64,000 nt of DNA from Squalus acanthias (Eukaryota), in NCBI GenBank assembly GCA_030390025.1, contig CM059431.1:100442001-100506000 (forward strand). The letters run 5' to 3'. A program made the position numbers and the translations under genes. Position 1 is the stretch's first letter; every line of letters begins with the position of its first letter. Shown one piece after another: positions 1 to 13,200 of this stretch. A model generated the notes under the pieces. The model was given only the letters and a program-made list of their open reading frames with translations. It ran no database searches and was not told where the DNA came from.

Positions 1-229
1 ACAAAGAGAGTCAAGAGGGGTAGACATGTTTACAGTTGTACACAGGTAACACTCCCATCAACAATCGAAACAATGCTCTTGCCTACAAACAGTGAGGAGC
101 AAACACATTTACGCAACAGGGTAATGCAGCGTACCATTGTTTTTTCCAGTACCAGATCATCCACTCACCGTTCAGTTTAAAGTTTAATAAATATTAATAC
201 TTAGTAATTTAATCGCTCCTGCCCTCCAG

Positions 230-410
230 TCTAACCACCCTTTTTGTCCCTGGTTCTGCACTTGCTTAAAAACTGATAAATCTCTAACTTCTTCACCTGA
301 AACCTTAACTCTGTTTCTCTCTCTACAGATGCTGCCTGACCTGCTGAGTATTTCCAGCATTTTCTGTTTTTATTTCAGATTTCCAGCCTCCGCAGTATCT
401 TGCTTTCGTT
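230..410 (+). mobile_element. Penelope-like element terminal fragment
   Basis: CTGAAACCTTAACTCTGTTTCTCTCTCTACAGATGCTGCCTGACCTGCTGAG motif, the same as at 41750-42600. Confidence 0.55.
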
Positions 411-794
411 TTCAGAGTCATTGTAATCTGGTTAGAATTCAACTTGGTTTCCAATCTACATTTCTCCTCATCTTAAGCTGCTTTTGAATTTTCAGTATTT
501 TAATTACACCACCCGTTAAGATGGGAGGGAGGGAGGAACATATTCAAGGTGCATTTTGTTCAGATACAGTGAACTCAAAATGCAGCTTGCGGTGGGGGAG
601 GGGGGCGGTAAAGTACTACCAGAAAGGTTACGACACAAGGCAAAACTAGTGCAACTTTTAGAAATTGTACTTTTCAATAATATGATCTGGCTCATACATC
701 TGATGAGCATTTTTATTTAAAATTTTAAAAAAGTTACATTTTACTTTCTTCTGCCTCAAACAAGAATAGTTAATTACATGCCACTTGTGAGCAG

Positions 795-950
795 CAATGT
801 TCCCGCTAAGCCACGCGGCGGTCCGGAGGACCCGCGCAGGCCGCTCACCGGCTTTTCAATGGAAGAAACCGCGCACACACAAAAATTTGAATGGGCCGCG
901 CAACCAGTTAAAGGGACCGTGCGACCAAAAAAAATATAGAGGAAGCATTG
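795..950. mobile_element. hAT-type MITE (156 bp)
   Basis: Imperfect TIRs CAATGTTCCCGCTA / TAGAGGAAGCATTG. 8-bp TSD GTGAGCAG (787-794) vs GTGAGCAA (951-958). Confidence 0.75.
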
Positions 951-1224
951 GTGAGCAAGACTTTTGTTTTAAGTTCAAGGTTGGACCATAATATTCACTC
1001 AAAATAGATGCACCTAATGATGGTCGTCATGTCTTTCTAAACAGTCTCCCATTCAAAGCAACACATCAACCTTTAACTGAAAGATTCATGTTTGTAGATA
1101 GCAGTAATTAGAGTAAGAGGTATCTATATTCATTTCTCCAACTGCCCCCCACCCCCCCCAAAAAAATCATTGATTTCTATCGTTTTAATAAGTAAAAGTT
1201 TACAATCAGCGCCAGTAAACCTAC

Positions 1225-1302
1225 CTTTCCAGATTTCGCTGCAGTCAAACTGTTCTGCATTTTCATCGCTTCGATTACACAGACCTCCTGACTTTCTGAA
1301 AC
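1225..1302 (-). CDS. PCCA: PCCA coding exon, biotin-carboxyl-carrier domain (penultimate coding exon by comparison with human)
   Basis: Minus-strand 78-nt exon between an AG acceptor (1303-1304) and a GTAGGT donor (GT at 1223-1224). It translates [26 protein letters not shown], close to human PCCA [25 protein letters not shown] as recalled. The biotinylated Lys codon is at 1261-1263. Too short for the ORF track. Confidence 0.95.
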
Positions 1303-1714
1303 CTGCACAGGTTGTTTAAATAAAAAAAATATAATGCTTCATTAAAAACTGCTGATGGTAAACGGCCAAAAGCCTCACATTTTATGGAAGGCCAACATTC
1401 TCACTCTTCCAGAAAAAAACCAGATGCAGGAAATGACTCGGAGAATTATACACCGAGAGAAAAATCATTACGCAAAATGAGCTCAATGGCATTGGACCAC
1501 CTGAGACCCTTTTTCTTAATTAAATTTGGAAGTTGAACCAAGCAGAAAGGCCCCCACGCTCGATCCTTGCTCTGTGCTGTCTGTGTTAGCTCTCAGCCGG
1601 GACAGGGGGGTAGGGAAGAAACACTGACTAACGTTACCGCTTCTGTGACCTTCTAATGGAAAATGCAAGTGTTGCATGGACACTGGGTGAGAACAGCATT
1701 TAGTGGGCAGCATA

Positions 1715-2646
1715 TCCTGACGCTGCAAGTCCCGGCCAGAATGGAGATGATTGGGTAATTCCCCCATCAATCGCACCTGGAGATCGCGCTGCTGTGAGTG
1801 ACTGGGATCGATTTTACACACAGAATTTGTAACATGTAACTATCCTCCACTCACTGCATTTTGCTGGAGAAATAATCCTCCTGTACTCATAAGAACATAA
1901 GAAATAGGAGCAGGAGTCGGCCATTCGGCCCCTCGAGCCTGCTCCACCATTCAATAAGATCATGGCTGATCTTCGACCTCAACTCCACTTTCCCACCCGA
2001 TCTCCATATCCCTTGATTCCCCTAGAGTCCAAAAATCTATCGATCTCAGCTTTGAATATACTCAACGACTGAGCAACCACAGCCCTTTGGGGTAGAGAAT
2101 TCCAAAGATTCACAACCCTGAGTGAAGAAATTCCTCCTCATCTCAGTCCTAAATGGCCAAACCTTTATCCTGAGACTATGCCCCCTAGTTCTAGACTCTC
2201 CAGCCAGGGGAAACAACCTCTCAGCATCTACCCTGTCAATCCCCTTCAGAATCTTATGTTTCATTCTTCTAAACTCCAGAGAGTATGGGCCCAATCTACT
2301 CAATCTCTCCTCATAGGACAAGCCTCTCATCCCAGGGATCAATCTAGTGAACTTTCGTTGCACCGCCTCTAAGGCATATATGTCCTTTCTCAGATAAGGA
2401 GACCAAAACTGTGCACAGTACTCCAGATGTGGTCTCACCAAAGCCCTGCACAATTGTAGTAAGACTTCCTTACTCTTGTACTCCAAACCCCTTGCAATAA
2501 AGGCCAACATGCCATCAGGAGACTCTGCTGCAGTTTTGGTCTGGAGATCGATCGTAGACTCCCGTAAGTTAAAACCACAAGCCCTGCCCCCACCACCCCC
2601 GCCTCCAATTCATTGGCTGACACAGTGGTGTCAATATTCACTCCGT
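1715..2646 (+). repeat. Unclassified ~380-bp interspersed repeat, copy 1, split by a CR1 at ~1890-2512
   Basis: GGCCAGAATGGAGATGATTGGGTAATTCCCCC...CATTGGCTGACACAGTGGTGTCAA shared with 28210-28582 and 34922-35305. Confidence 0.75.
1890..2512 (-). mobile_element. CR1 LINE 3' fragment
   Basis: ORF 2046-2510 has ALVRPHLEYCAQFWSPY and TRGHSLR..RRNFFTQ motifs, with a CR1 3' tail. Confidence 0.9.
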
Positions 2647-3191
2647 ATTTTAGTTTGGCTGTGGTGAACTCCTTCCTTATCGTAGTTTGCTGCTGGCCTC
2701 ATTTGAGTAAGGTGCTGGAGTGCTGCTGGTGTCTGTGGAACTAGACCTCAGACTAAATAAGCCCTTTTTTTCCCTCTTCCTAGCCAGCGGATAAGTTAGG
2801 CGGACCAGCTAACTCTACCCATAATTAAACCTGGTGTCCAAGATCAGCACCGCTGAGTGGATCTACTCTAAGTATACGCGCACGCTGACAGGCCACATGC
2901 GGAAATCCCGAACTTGCAAGGCATTTCAAAGGGAATACGACGGTGTATTCAGGTTTGAGAGTACGCCGTCATTCACACCGCAATTTCAGGGTCAACGATT
3001 TTATGTACACATAGACTGGATCAAATATTAATTCATAGACTGATGTTTATGAAGGCATGTAAACTAGTTAGTGAACTTCTTGACCGTTTTCCCACACCTA
3101 AAAATCAGACTAAGTTTGCTTTGTAACCTGTTGCAAAACTTTAATTTCAATAATTTGGGCTTTTTCCTCAATTAATTTGATAAAACACGCA

Positions 3192-3844
3192 GGGGGAAAA
3201 ATTCGGTATCGACCATTTTGGGGCGCTAACATCGCCAGGGCGTTAACTTTAGTGCCGGTGACTGCGAAATTCAGTTTCAGCGCCCCGAGGGAGGTGGAGC
3301 GTTAATTCAAGCGCTCCACTTCCTTCTTAGAGCGCTAACCCCGAATATCGCGTTCTGCGGCGCTACGCACTGGGCCACGTAGCGCTGCCGCATGGAAGGG
3401 CTCTTCCCCTCATTAAAGGGGAGGGCCCAAGCACACAACTCTGCAGGGCCCTACCTGGACCACCGGGGAGCGGGGTGCCGTGCCAGCAGCCCGGCACACG
3501 AGACCCCGCATTCAAAGACGCAACGGGCCGTGACAAGTAAGTCGGCTGATCCCCCCCCCCGCCCACCACCCCCCCCATCGCCCCGTGAGCCTCCTGCCGC
3601 TCCGGTCCTGCCCCCGGAATTGGTCGCCATCATCGCCCAGCGCAGATTCAGGGGGCGAAAAAACAGGGCGCTGCGCACGTTGATGACATCGCCATCGCCT
3701 GCGGAGCGGGCCGCTACCGGTTACCGCTGCCGCTAAACTCCCGCTGGATTTAGCGGGAGTCGTTAGCGGTGTCGCACCCGGGCGAAAAGCCGTTTACGCC
3801 CCGTTAGCGCCCCCGGAGGCGCTAAGGTACCCAATTTCTAGCCC
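3192..3844. mobile_element. GC-rich MITE-like element with GGGNNRAAATT...AATTTCTAGCCC termini
   Basis: GC-rich block in AT-rich flanks, imperfect inverted termini, internal inverted GGGGCGCTAAC/GTTAGCGCCCC motifs. Confidence 0.6.
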
Positions 3845-4451
3845 TAAATTTTGATACGAGTTACTGAAATACATTTTTTTAATCATTTTACCTTAATCCG
3901 ATGTCATTTAGTTTAGATATTGCTGTACTTAGTAATCAGATTTTATACGATAAACTACCTTTTTCACAAGTCTGTACCATGTGTTAAATCGGTCTAGCAC
4001 ATGCCAACATTTACAGCCCCACAACACAACACACATTTTTAACTTGCGGGCGAAATATTAACAAAACAAACTAAGCAAATTACATATTTAAAAGGTCCAT
4101 AATACTAGCATAATAATGAGAATTTCTAGACTGAAAAAGCTTTTCCATCTTGGAAAATGATTGGAGTAGAATTTTTTCAGTATTATTTTAAAACGTGCCC
4201 TGTTATTAAGCTGCTGGAGATTCGGGGATAGCAAAATATTCAGTATCCTCTTGCATGGCTTAAATCTTTGACACACTAAAGTCACTTCTCCTTTTACCAG
4301 CATTGCTGGGTATAGGATTCCAAAACTAGCATTTCTTTTAAAATTCTACAGCGTCGCAAGCTGGATTCAAGGAGTTCGCACAGAGGAAACGTTGGTACGG
4401 TATTGATCCTCTAGATGGCTTTAGCATACCATACAGGTATAGTGTGGTGTT

Positions 4452-4866
4452 AAGAGCATAAGAATTAAGAGCAGGAGTAGGCCATCTGGCCCTTCGAGCC
4501 TGCTCCGCCATTCAATAAGATCATGGTTGATCTTCTACCTCAACTCCACCTTCCTGCACTATCCCCATATCCATTAATTCCCAAAAATCTATCAACCTCT
4601 GCATCCACAGCCCTCTGGGGTAGCGAATTCCAAAGATTCACCACCCTCCGAGTGAAGAAATTTCTCCTCATCTCAGTCTTAAATGGCCTACCCCTTACCC
4701 TGAGACTGTGACCCCGTGTTCTAGACTCCCCAGCCAGGGGAAACATTTTCCCAGCATTAACCCTGTCAAGCCCCTTAAGAATTTTATATGTTTCAATTAG
4801 ATCACCTCTCATTCTTCTAAACTCTAAGGAATATAGGCCTAGTCTACGCAATCTCTCCTCATAGGG
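4452..4866 (-). mobile_element. CR1 LINE 3' fragment
   Basis: YEERL..LGLYSLEFRRMRGDLIETYKIL..RRNFFT.RVVNLWNSLP in ORF 4540-5067. Confidence 0.9.
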
Positions 4867-4869
4867 CAT

Positions 4870-5035
4870 AAGATGCTCCTTAAAACCTACCCCTTGGAGC
4901 AATCTTTTGGTCACCTGTCCTAATATCTCCTTCTTTGGCTTGGTACCAATTTTTGTCTGATAATCGCTCCTGTGAAGTGCCTTGGGGCATTTTACTACGT
5001 TAAAGGTGCTGTATGAATACAAGTTGTTGTTGTAA
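4870..5035 (+). mobile_element. L2 LINE 3' tail
   Basis: CTGTGAAGTGCCTTGGG..ACTACGTTAAAGGTGCT..CAAGTTGTTGTTG tail, as in other L2 copies. Confidence 0.75.
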
Positions 5036-5044
5036 ATAGGATTA

Positions 5045-5390
5045 ACATAGGAACAGGAGTAGGCCATTCAATTATTGTGGCCATTGATCTGTATCTTAAC
5101 TCCGTCTACCTGCCTTGGTTCCGTAACCCTTAACACTCTTTACCTAACAAAAAACTATCAATCTCAGTTTTGAAATTTTCAGTTGACCCCCAGTCTCAAC
5201 AGCTTTTTTTTGGGGGGGGTGGGGGGGGAGAGAGTTCCAGGTTTCCACCACCCTTTGTGTGAAGAAGTGCTTCCTGACATCACCCCTGAACGGCCTGGCT
5301 CTAATTTTAAGGTTATGCCCCCTTGTTCTGGACTCCCACCACCAGAGGAAATAGTTTCTCTCCATCGACCCTATCAACTCCTTTAATCAT
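5045..5390 (-). mobile_element. CR1 LINE 3' fragment ([10 protein letters not shown] subfamily)
   Basis: ORF 5144-5377 [37 protein letters not shown]. Confidence 0.85.
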
Positions 5391-5524
5391 CATGTGATGT
5401 CAAGTGGTATAACTTCTATGCCTTAACCGTTATTTTATTATATTGACCGCCTGGAGTTTTATAACGTAATCTGTGACTAGTGAAATGTACAGAGGTACAC
5501 ATTTAATAGTTCACAGTACACCAA

Positions 5525-6240
5525 CATAGAGTCATAACGACACAGAAGGAGGCCATTCGGCCCATCGAGTCCGTTCCAGCTGGCTGCAGAGCAATCGAGT
5601 CAGTCCCATTCCCCCGCTCTATCCCCGAAGCCCTGCAAGTTTATTTCCCTCTAGTGCCTATCCAGTCTCCCCTTGGAAACATTGGTGTGTCCGCTTCCGT
5701 CGGCAGCGAGTTCCAGGTCCTCACCACTCGCTGCATAAAAAAGTTTTTCCTCACGTCCCCCCTGTATCTCTTGCCCAAAACCTTAAATCTATGTCCCCTA
5801 GTCCTTGTACCATCAACTAGTGGGAACAGCCTTTCCCCGTCTAGCCTATCCAAACCCGTCATAATCTTGTACACCTCTATCAAATCACCCCTCAACCTCC
5901 TTTGCTCTAATGAAAACAAATCCAGCTTCTCCAACCTGTCCTTGTAGCTAAGATCCCCCATCCATTCTGGTAAATCTCCTCTGCACCCTCTCAAGTGCCT
6001 TCACATCCTTCCTAAAGTGTGGTGACCAGAACTGGACGCAATACTCTAGTTGTGGCCTTACCAGCGCTTTATAAAGGTTCAGCATAACTTCTCTACTCAA
6101 TACCTCTATTTATGAAGCCCAAGATCCCATATGCTTTGCCAACCACTCTGTCAATATGTCCCGCCACCTTCAGGGACCTATGCACATTAACTCCCAGCTT
6201 CCTCTGTCCCTGCACACTCTTTAAAACTGTGTCATTAAGT
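5525..6240 (-). mobile_element. CR1 LINE 3' fragment
   Basis: ORFs 5641-5994 and 6093-6275 ([31 protein letters not shown]). Confidence 0.9.
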
Positions 6241-6724
6241 GTATAAATGCAATTTGATTGGCGCAGGGTGCCCACGTAAATCTTCTAGAGGTTAAATGCT
6301 CACCTGCCAATCAACAATTGGCAAAACGCGGACCTCTACCCAGCTCTTAAAAGAAAGCCTTTCCTTCATTCTTCTCCTTTCAGCCTGCTCTCTCACTGGG
6401 AGAGCGGGATGGTTTGGGCTTTTTGCATCTGTTGTCAAGTGTCACTCCTTGACTTTCTGGATGGGAAGGCAATTCAAGCAGAACTAGCAGGAAATGGTCT
6501 ATTTTTTTTCTTCTCACCACCACTTCTGTTGAAGTAGATATTCCATCTGGTGGCCTGGACAAACACCGACTAAAGTCACCTGAGGGACTTGGATTGAAGT
6601 GACTGGCTGCCCGAGGCTTTTTGAAGCCACCCCACCGTCTGCCAATTGGCAAGCATTTTTCAGTTCATGCCACTCTTTCTAACTGGAAATTACTCATTTA
6701 AAAATAAAATACTGATTAAAATCA

Positions 6725-6965
6725 GTCATAGCATCACATAGAATTTACAGCAGAGAGAGAGGCCATTCGGCCCAACTGGTCCGTGCCGGTGTTTCTGCTC
6801 CACACGAGCCTCCTCCCACCCCTCTTCATCTCACCCTGTCACCATATCCTGCTATTCCTTTCCCCTCATGTGTTTATCGAGCTTCCCCTTGAATGCATCT
6901 CTGCTATTCGCCTCAACCTCTCCCTGTGGTAGCGAGTTCCACATTCGCACCACTCTCTGGGTAAG
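6725..6965 (-). mobile_element. CR1 3' tail fragment
   Basis: Shares sequence with 19345-19500, 41375-41500 and 50580-51385. Confidence 0.7.
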
Positions 6966-7069
6966 GAGGTACAAAAATAAATAAATAAATAAACAACCAC
7001 CTGTCCAATAATACAGTCAATTATGCTCAGTGTGCAGTTGTGACTTTATTGCAGCTTTTAACTGTATGC

Positions 7070-7430
7070 TAATAGGAACAGGAGGAGGCCATTCAGCCCC
7101 TCGAGCCTGTTCCGTCTTTCAGTGAGATCACGGCTGATCTGTATCTTAACTCCATCTACCCGCCTTGGTTCCGTAACCCTTAATACCCTTACCTAACAAA
7201 AATTTCTCAATCTCAGTTTCGACATTATCAATTGACCCTCAGCCTCAACAGCTTTTTTTGGGGGGGGAGAGAGAGAGTTCCAGAGTGTGTGGAAATGTGC
7301 TTCCTGACATCACCCCTGAACGGCCTGGCTCTAATTTTAAGGTTATGCCCCCTTGTTCTGGAGTCCCCCTCCCCCCCCCACCCCCCGTCCACCAGAGGAA
7401 ATAGTTTCTCTCTCTCTCTACCTGATCAAA
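7070..7430 (-). mobile_element. CR1 3' fragment
   Basis: Near copy of 5045-5390. Confidence 0.8.
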
Positions 7431-8469
7431 TTCTCTAATGAAGAAAGTGCACAGGCACCGTAGCACATATAATTAGAACATTAACGGTGCTTCCTATTTA
7501 GGGCACATCTCAAAAACAATTTCATAACTCAGCTGAAGACTTAATGATTATGACAAGAGCTCTTCAGTGTTACGCTTACAAAATGGTCACAAGTCCGAGA
7601 AGTCTTTCTGATAAACCCAATCACTGATGATGGACTTCCTTTCCTGCCTCTAATTGATGTAAAGTTTTGTCGATTGGAAACACATATCTTTCATCCAGCT
7701 TGCAGCGTCCTCTCCTTTTTGACACGAGGTCAAGGTTCACAAACGCATCAGATTATCAAACTGGCAACTCATTAGGCTGCGGGCTGCCCTGGACCAGAAT
7801 GAGGTTCGCTGGAAGGAGGGGTGGGGGGGGGGGGGGGAACCCGGCCCATTTACTCCACAGAGCTTGGCGTTTTAGGAGGTTTTGAATGTCACATAGCATT
7901 GCCACGTTTCTCAGACTTACAGACATCTCCGACTGATGATTAATTGTGAGTGATGGGAAATACGGCCAGCTGCTTGCCATGGCCTGCAACATTACTATAA
8001 TGGATATAAGCTGCCAATTTTCCAGCTTTACTGGCAAGATTTCCCTGTGCAATTAAGGAAAGTTATAAATGATATGGAAATCTATCAAGGCCCATTTATT
8101 TTCACAGAGTGGTTCCTCTCCGGAGACTTTCATCTTAAAACTTTGGGGGCAGCACAATATGTAGATAAACTGATTTTAACTCTTTAGCCTGTGTAAGTCC
8201 ATTAAGGCGCTTGCCTGGTGTAACAATGTAGTGACTGTGGGATGGCCCAAGATGATTCAAAAGTCCATCCTTTAAGGCATCTGCTACATTTTCCATGGAG
8301 GTACTACCAAATGCCCTTTAATTATTCCCATGAATGAAACCTCATGCAGAACAAGGTGCTATAGTCACACTTGGGGAAACACTGTCAGCAGAAGCACTGG
8401 ATGCAAAACTCGCAAAAAAACTAAACAGCGCACTCAAGACTTTGCATTTCACCGCATAGGTCTACGGCT

Positions 8470-8588
8470 AAAGAAAGAAAGACTTGCATTTCTCTAGCGC
8501 CTTTCACGACCACCGGACGTCCCAAAGCGCTTTACAGCCAATGAAGTACTTTTTGAAGTGCAGTCACTGTTGTAATGCAGGAAACGTA
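8470..8588 (-). mobile_element. Deu-SINE 3' fragment
   Basis: AAAGAAAGACTTGCATTT..GCGCCTTTCACGACC tail. Confidence 0.8.
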
Positions 8589-10157
8589 CATGCTGCAACA
8601 ATGCATTAGACTGACATGCATCTAACAGAAACGTGGAAGAGGAAAAAGTTCCAAGAACTTCATAAAGAGTCTCCCAAAATAATAATTTAAAATTAATATC
8701 GAGATACTTCTGGTCACACTGACACTATTACTGAAACTTTACTATATATATATATATATGCAGATGCCTGGAATTGTTCTAAACTAAAGAAGCAAAGATC
8801 GACCATTCATGGCAAGGAATGCGACGGTTTTGGTTCTGATCTTTAGAGATGTGAAATGAGGATAATACATTTACTGGATGTGGCGTACAGTAACAGCTGT
8901 GGTTTTCCCACATGAGGGAGAGCGCGCTATCATGGGCTGTGATCTGTTTTTGAACAGATGGAAAAATACATTAGAGTTTCCCCCCCCCGCCCCGCCACCC
9001 ACCCCCCCGAACAAGCTATGTATCTGCTCGAGAAAACAAATTACAATGCGATTCAGTATCGTAAGGGACGGTTGCTAAATTGATTTTTTTTTTTAAATTG
9101 CATTCTTCCAGCGGTGGTTTTTGTTTTAACTGGGGTAAAAATGAAACAGAAAGCCAGAGGATTAGATTCGATTTTGGTTTTTTTTCTTTTTGCAGCTCTC
9201 CCAGAAATGAGAGGACTGCAATGGAAATGGTGCCAGTGACATATGGCTTTCCGTGGTGCTAAACATTCATACAAAAGACAGGTTCATCAGTCATTTGTGT
9301 ATCTGGATTAAAAAAAATTACCTCCTGATGGATGGTATTTAGAGTTTACCTGCTGCTACAACATTACCAAAGAAACACAGGTTTTTAAGCCCACATGACA
9401 TTAGAAACTGCAGACCGTGAAATACTTGTGCTTGCATGCTCATATCATGCATGCCAGGTAATGTGCAGTAATAAATAAGCTTATGAAATTCTCAGCTAAA
9501 ATCCACAGCCGGGGTCAGATCTGCACAGGCCAATTAATGCAGAGCATCTGTTGTACGGGGGCAGTACGGGAAAACAATACGGAACAACTTTGGTAGTTTA
9601 AAAAAAACACACACACACTGATGGTGTTTCTTCTGAAAAGCAAATTATATCAATGAAGAAAGCCCCTTAACTTCCTGCAGGTTTTTTTTTTAAAGAAGCA
9701 TAAAGTCCTTCAGAGAACGCTCGGTAACGTCACATCTCCCCCCTTTGTTCTGTCTTGCCCTGCAATTGTCTGCCAAATGTGACAGAAGGCACAAAGAGGG
9801 TCATGTAGGTCTGACTGCAGTATCACCTTCTGTTCTCGTGCAGCACAACACAAACAAGGGGATCGGTGCAAAAAAATATATTTTATTCGAAAGAATCAGG
9901 TCCCTTCAACCATTCCCGGAGATTTCTTAAGTCAGGGATGTGAGTGAGGTTTTAAATGCCGGTGGTATTCCCCCTGGGGAAAAAACTAATACTTAAACCG
10001 GAATTGGGCCCTTGCCAATTTTCAGCCTGCTGCAGTTTTGATTACTGGACGTTAACTTTTATTCAGAGTTTGTGAAAGTACTGATAAGGAAAGAAAGTGA
10101 CAGATTACAGTTAAAATTAAATTTTTATCTCAGAGTCTCTTGGCTATTCTGTTACAT

Positions 10158-12506
10158 TAGTGGCTCAGCGGACAGACAGCACTCTCGCCTCTGAGTCAGA
10201 AGGTAGTTGGTTCGAGCCCCACTCCAGAGACTTGAGCACAGAATCCAGGCTGACACTCCCAGCGCAGTACTGAGGGAGCGCCGCACTGTCGGAGGGGCGG
10301 TACTGAGGGAGCGCCGCACTGTCGGAGGGGCGGTACTGAGGGAGGGCCGCACTGTCGGAGGGGCGGTACTGAGGGAGGGCCGCACTGTCGGAGGGGCAGT
10401 ACTGAGGGAGTGCTGCACTGTCGGAGGAGCTGTACTGAGGGAGCGCCGCACTGTCGGAGGGGCGGTACTGAGGGAGGGCCGCACTGTCGGAGGGGCAGTA
10501 CTGAGGGAGCGCCGCACTGTCGGAGGGGCAGTACTGAGGGAGTGCTGCACTGTCGGAGGAGCTGTACTGAGGGAGCGCCGCACTGTCGGAGGGGCAGTAC
10601 TGAGGGAGCGCCGCACTGTCGGAGGGGCAGTACTGAGGGAGCGCCGCACTGTTGGAGGGGCGGTGCTGAGGGAGCGCCGCACTGTTGGAGGGGCTGTACT
10701 GAGGGAGCGCCGCACTGTCGGAGGGGCGGTACTGAGGGAGCGCCGCACTGTCGGAGGGGCGGTACTGAGGGAGCGCCACACTGTTGGAGGGGCGGTGCTG
10801 AGGGAGCGCCGCACTGTCGGAGGGGCGGTACTGAGGGAGCTCCGCACTGTCGGAGGGGCTGTACTGAGGGAGCGCCGCACTGTCGGAGGGGCGGTACTGA
10901 GGGAGCGCCGCACTGTTGGAGGGGCGGTGCTGAGGGAGCGCCGCACTGTTGGAGGGGCGGTGCTGAGGGAGCGCCGCACTGTCGGAGGGGCAGTACTGAG
11001 GGAGCGCCGCACTATCGGAGGGGCAGTACTGAGGAGCGCCAGTACTGAGGAGCGCCGCACTGTCGGAGGGGCGGTACTGAGGGAGCGCCGCACTGTCGGA
11101 GGGGCGGTACTGTGGGAGCGCCGCACTGTCGGAGGGGCAGTACTGAGGGAGTGCCGCACTGTCGGAGGGGCAGTACTGAGGGAGCGCCGCACTGTCGGAG
11201 GGGCAGTACTGAGGGAGCGCCGCACTATCGGAGGGGCAGTACTGAGGAGCGCCAGTACTGAGGAGCGCCGCACTGTCGGAGGGGCGGTACTGAGGGAGCG
11301 CCGCACTGTCGGAGGGGCGGTACTGTGGGAGCGCCGCACTGTCGGAGGGGCAGTACTGAGGGAGTGCCGCACTGTCGGAGGGGCAGTACTGAGGGAGCGC
11401 CACACTGTCGATGGGGCAGTACTGAGGGAGCGCCGCACTGTCGGAGGGGCGGTGCTGAGGGAGCGCCGCACTGTCGGAGGGGCGGTGCTGAGGGAGCGCC
11501 GCACTGTCGGAGGGGCGGTGCTGAGGGAGCGCCGCACTGTCGGAGGGGCGGTACTGAGGGAGTGCCGCACTGTCGGAGGGGCAGTACTGAGGGAGCGCCG
11601 CACTGTCGGAGGGTCAGTACTGAGGGAGCGCCGCACTGTCGGAGGGGCAGTACTGAGGGGAGCGCCGCACTGTCGATGGGGCAGTACTGAGGGAGCGCCG
11701 CACTGTCGGAGGGGCGGTGCTGAGGGAGCGCCGCACTGTCGGAGGGGCGGTGCTGAGGGAGCGCCGCACTGTCAGAGGGGCGGTGCTGAGGGAGTGCTGC
11801 ACTGTCAGAGGGGCGGTACTGAGGGAGCGCCGCACTGTCGGAGGGGCAGTACTGAGGGAGCGCCGCACTGTCGGAGGGGCAGTACTGAGGGAGCGCCGCA
11901 CTGTCAGAGGTGCAGTACTGAGGGAGTGCTGCACTGTCGGAGGTGCAGTACTGAGGGAGTGCTGCACTGTCGGAGGGGCAGTACTGAGGGAGTGCTGCAC
12001 TGTCGGAGGTGCAGTACTGAGGGAGTGCTGCACTGTCGGAGGGGCGGTACTGAGGGAGCGCCGTGCTGTCGGAGGGGCAGTACTGAGGGAGAGCTGTTCT
12101 GTCGAAGGGGCAGTACTGAGGGAGTGCTGCACTGTTGGAAGGGCAATACTGAGGGAGCGCTGCACTGTCGGAGTTGCAGTACTGAGGGAGTGCTGCACTG
12201 TCGGAGGTGCCATCTTTCGGATGAGACGTTAAACTGAGGTGCTCTCTCAGGTGGATGTAAAAGATCCTATGGCACTATTTCGAAGAAGAGCAGGGGAGTT
12301 ATGCCTGGTCTCCTAATCAACATCACAAAAACAGATTAGCTGATCATTATCCCATTGCTGCTTGTGAGAGCTTGCTGTGCGCAAATTGGCTGCCGCGTTC
12401 ACTACATTACAACAATGACTACACTTCAAAAAGTACTTAATTGGCTGTAAAGCACTTTGGGACGTCCAGTGGATGTGAAAGGCGCTGTAGAAATGCAAGT
12501 CTTTCT
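10158..12506 (+). mobile_element. tRNA-derived Deu-domain SINE (SacSINE1/AmnSINE1-like) carrying an expanded internal minisatellite
   Basis: tRNA head (TGGCTCAG..GGTTCGAGCCC) at 10160-10225, the array, then the normal SINE body and 3' tail at 12205-12506. Confidence 0.85.
10263..12208 (+). repeat. 33-bp minisatellite, ~59 units (GCAGTACTGAGGGAGCGCCGCACTGTCGGAGGG)
   Basis: Directly visible tandem array; produces the 11-aa periodic ORFs. Confidence 0.97.
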
Positions 12507-12796
12507 ATAGCTTAATTAGTTTGCGCATGTTTACAGATTTCTTTGTATCTTTTAAATTTTTGCCAAACTCTTTCCCCGTCCTTCAAACAATTTTCATTTT
12601 GATTGTCTTGTGCTTTTCCCTCTGTAAAATATTTTTTACCCCAGTGAGTCACATTGAATTTCCTCAACCATTCACCTTCTCTATTTTCTTTCTTTGACTA
12701 CCTTTATGGCCCCTTTAATTGGCTCATTTGGCCACTCTTTTTAAAAACAGTTTTCTACCCTTGCTTCCTCCAAGTCCTTGGTGCAGAAGGAAGTAA

Positions 12797-13200
12797 ACAA
12801 CAACAACTTGCATTTATATAGCGTATTTAACATAGTAAACCATCCCGAGGCGCTTCACAGGAGCGTTATTAAACAAAATGTGGCACCGAGCCACATGAGA
12901 TAGTAGGACAGGTGACCAAGAGCTGGGTCAAATAAGGAGAGTCTTAAAGGGCGAGAGAGGTAGAGAGGCGGAGAGGTTTAGGGAAGGGAATTGCAGAGCT
13001 TAGGGCCTTGGCAGCTGAAGACACGGCCACCAATGGTGGAATGATTGAAATCGGGGATGCGCAAGAGACTAGAATTGGAGGAGCGCAGAGATCTCGCGGG
13101 GGGGGGGGGTTGTAGGATGGAGGAGGTTACAGAGATAGGGAAGGGCGAGGCTATGCAGGGATTTGAAAACAAGAATGAGAATTTTCAAAATCGAGGCGTT
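12797..13200 (-). mobile_element. L2 LINE 3' fragment
   Basis: CAACAACTTGCATTTATATAGCG tail; RSLRSSNSSLL..TIGGRVFS in ORF 12978-13172. Confidence 0.85.

Noticed and set aside
3192..3844. CpG island or promoter
   Set aside because: Sharp boundaries and inverted termini fit a MITE better, and it lies deep in a 3' intron
10263..12208. CRISPR-like array
   Set aside because: Units are contiguous with no unique spacers, there are no cas genes, and the context is eukaryotic
10152..12237. Long ORFs of 494, 412 and 676 aa
   Set aside because: They are open on both strands and in several frames only because a nearly stop-free 33-bp unit is repeated inside a SINE
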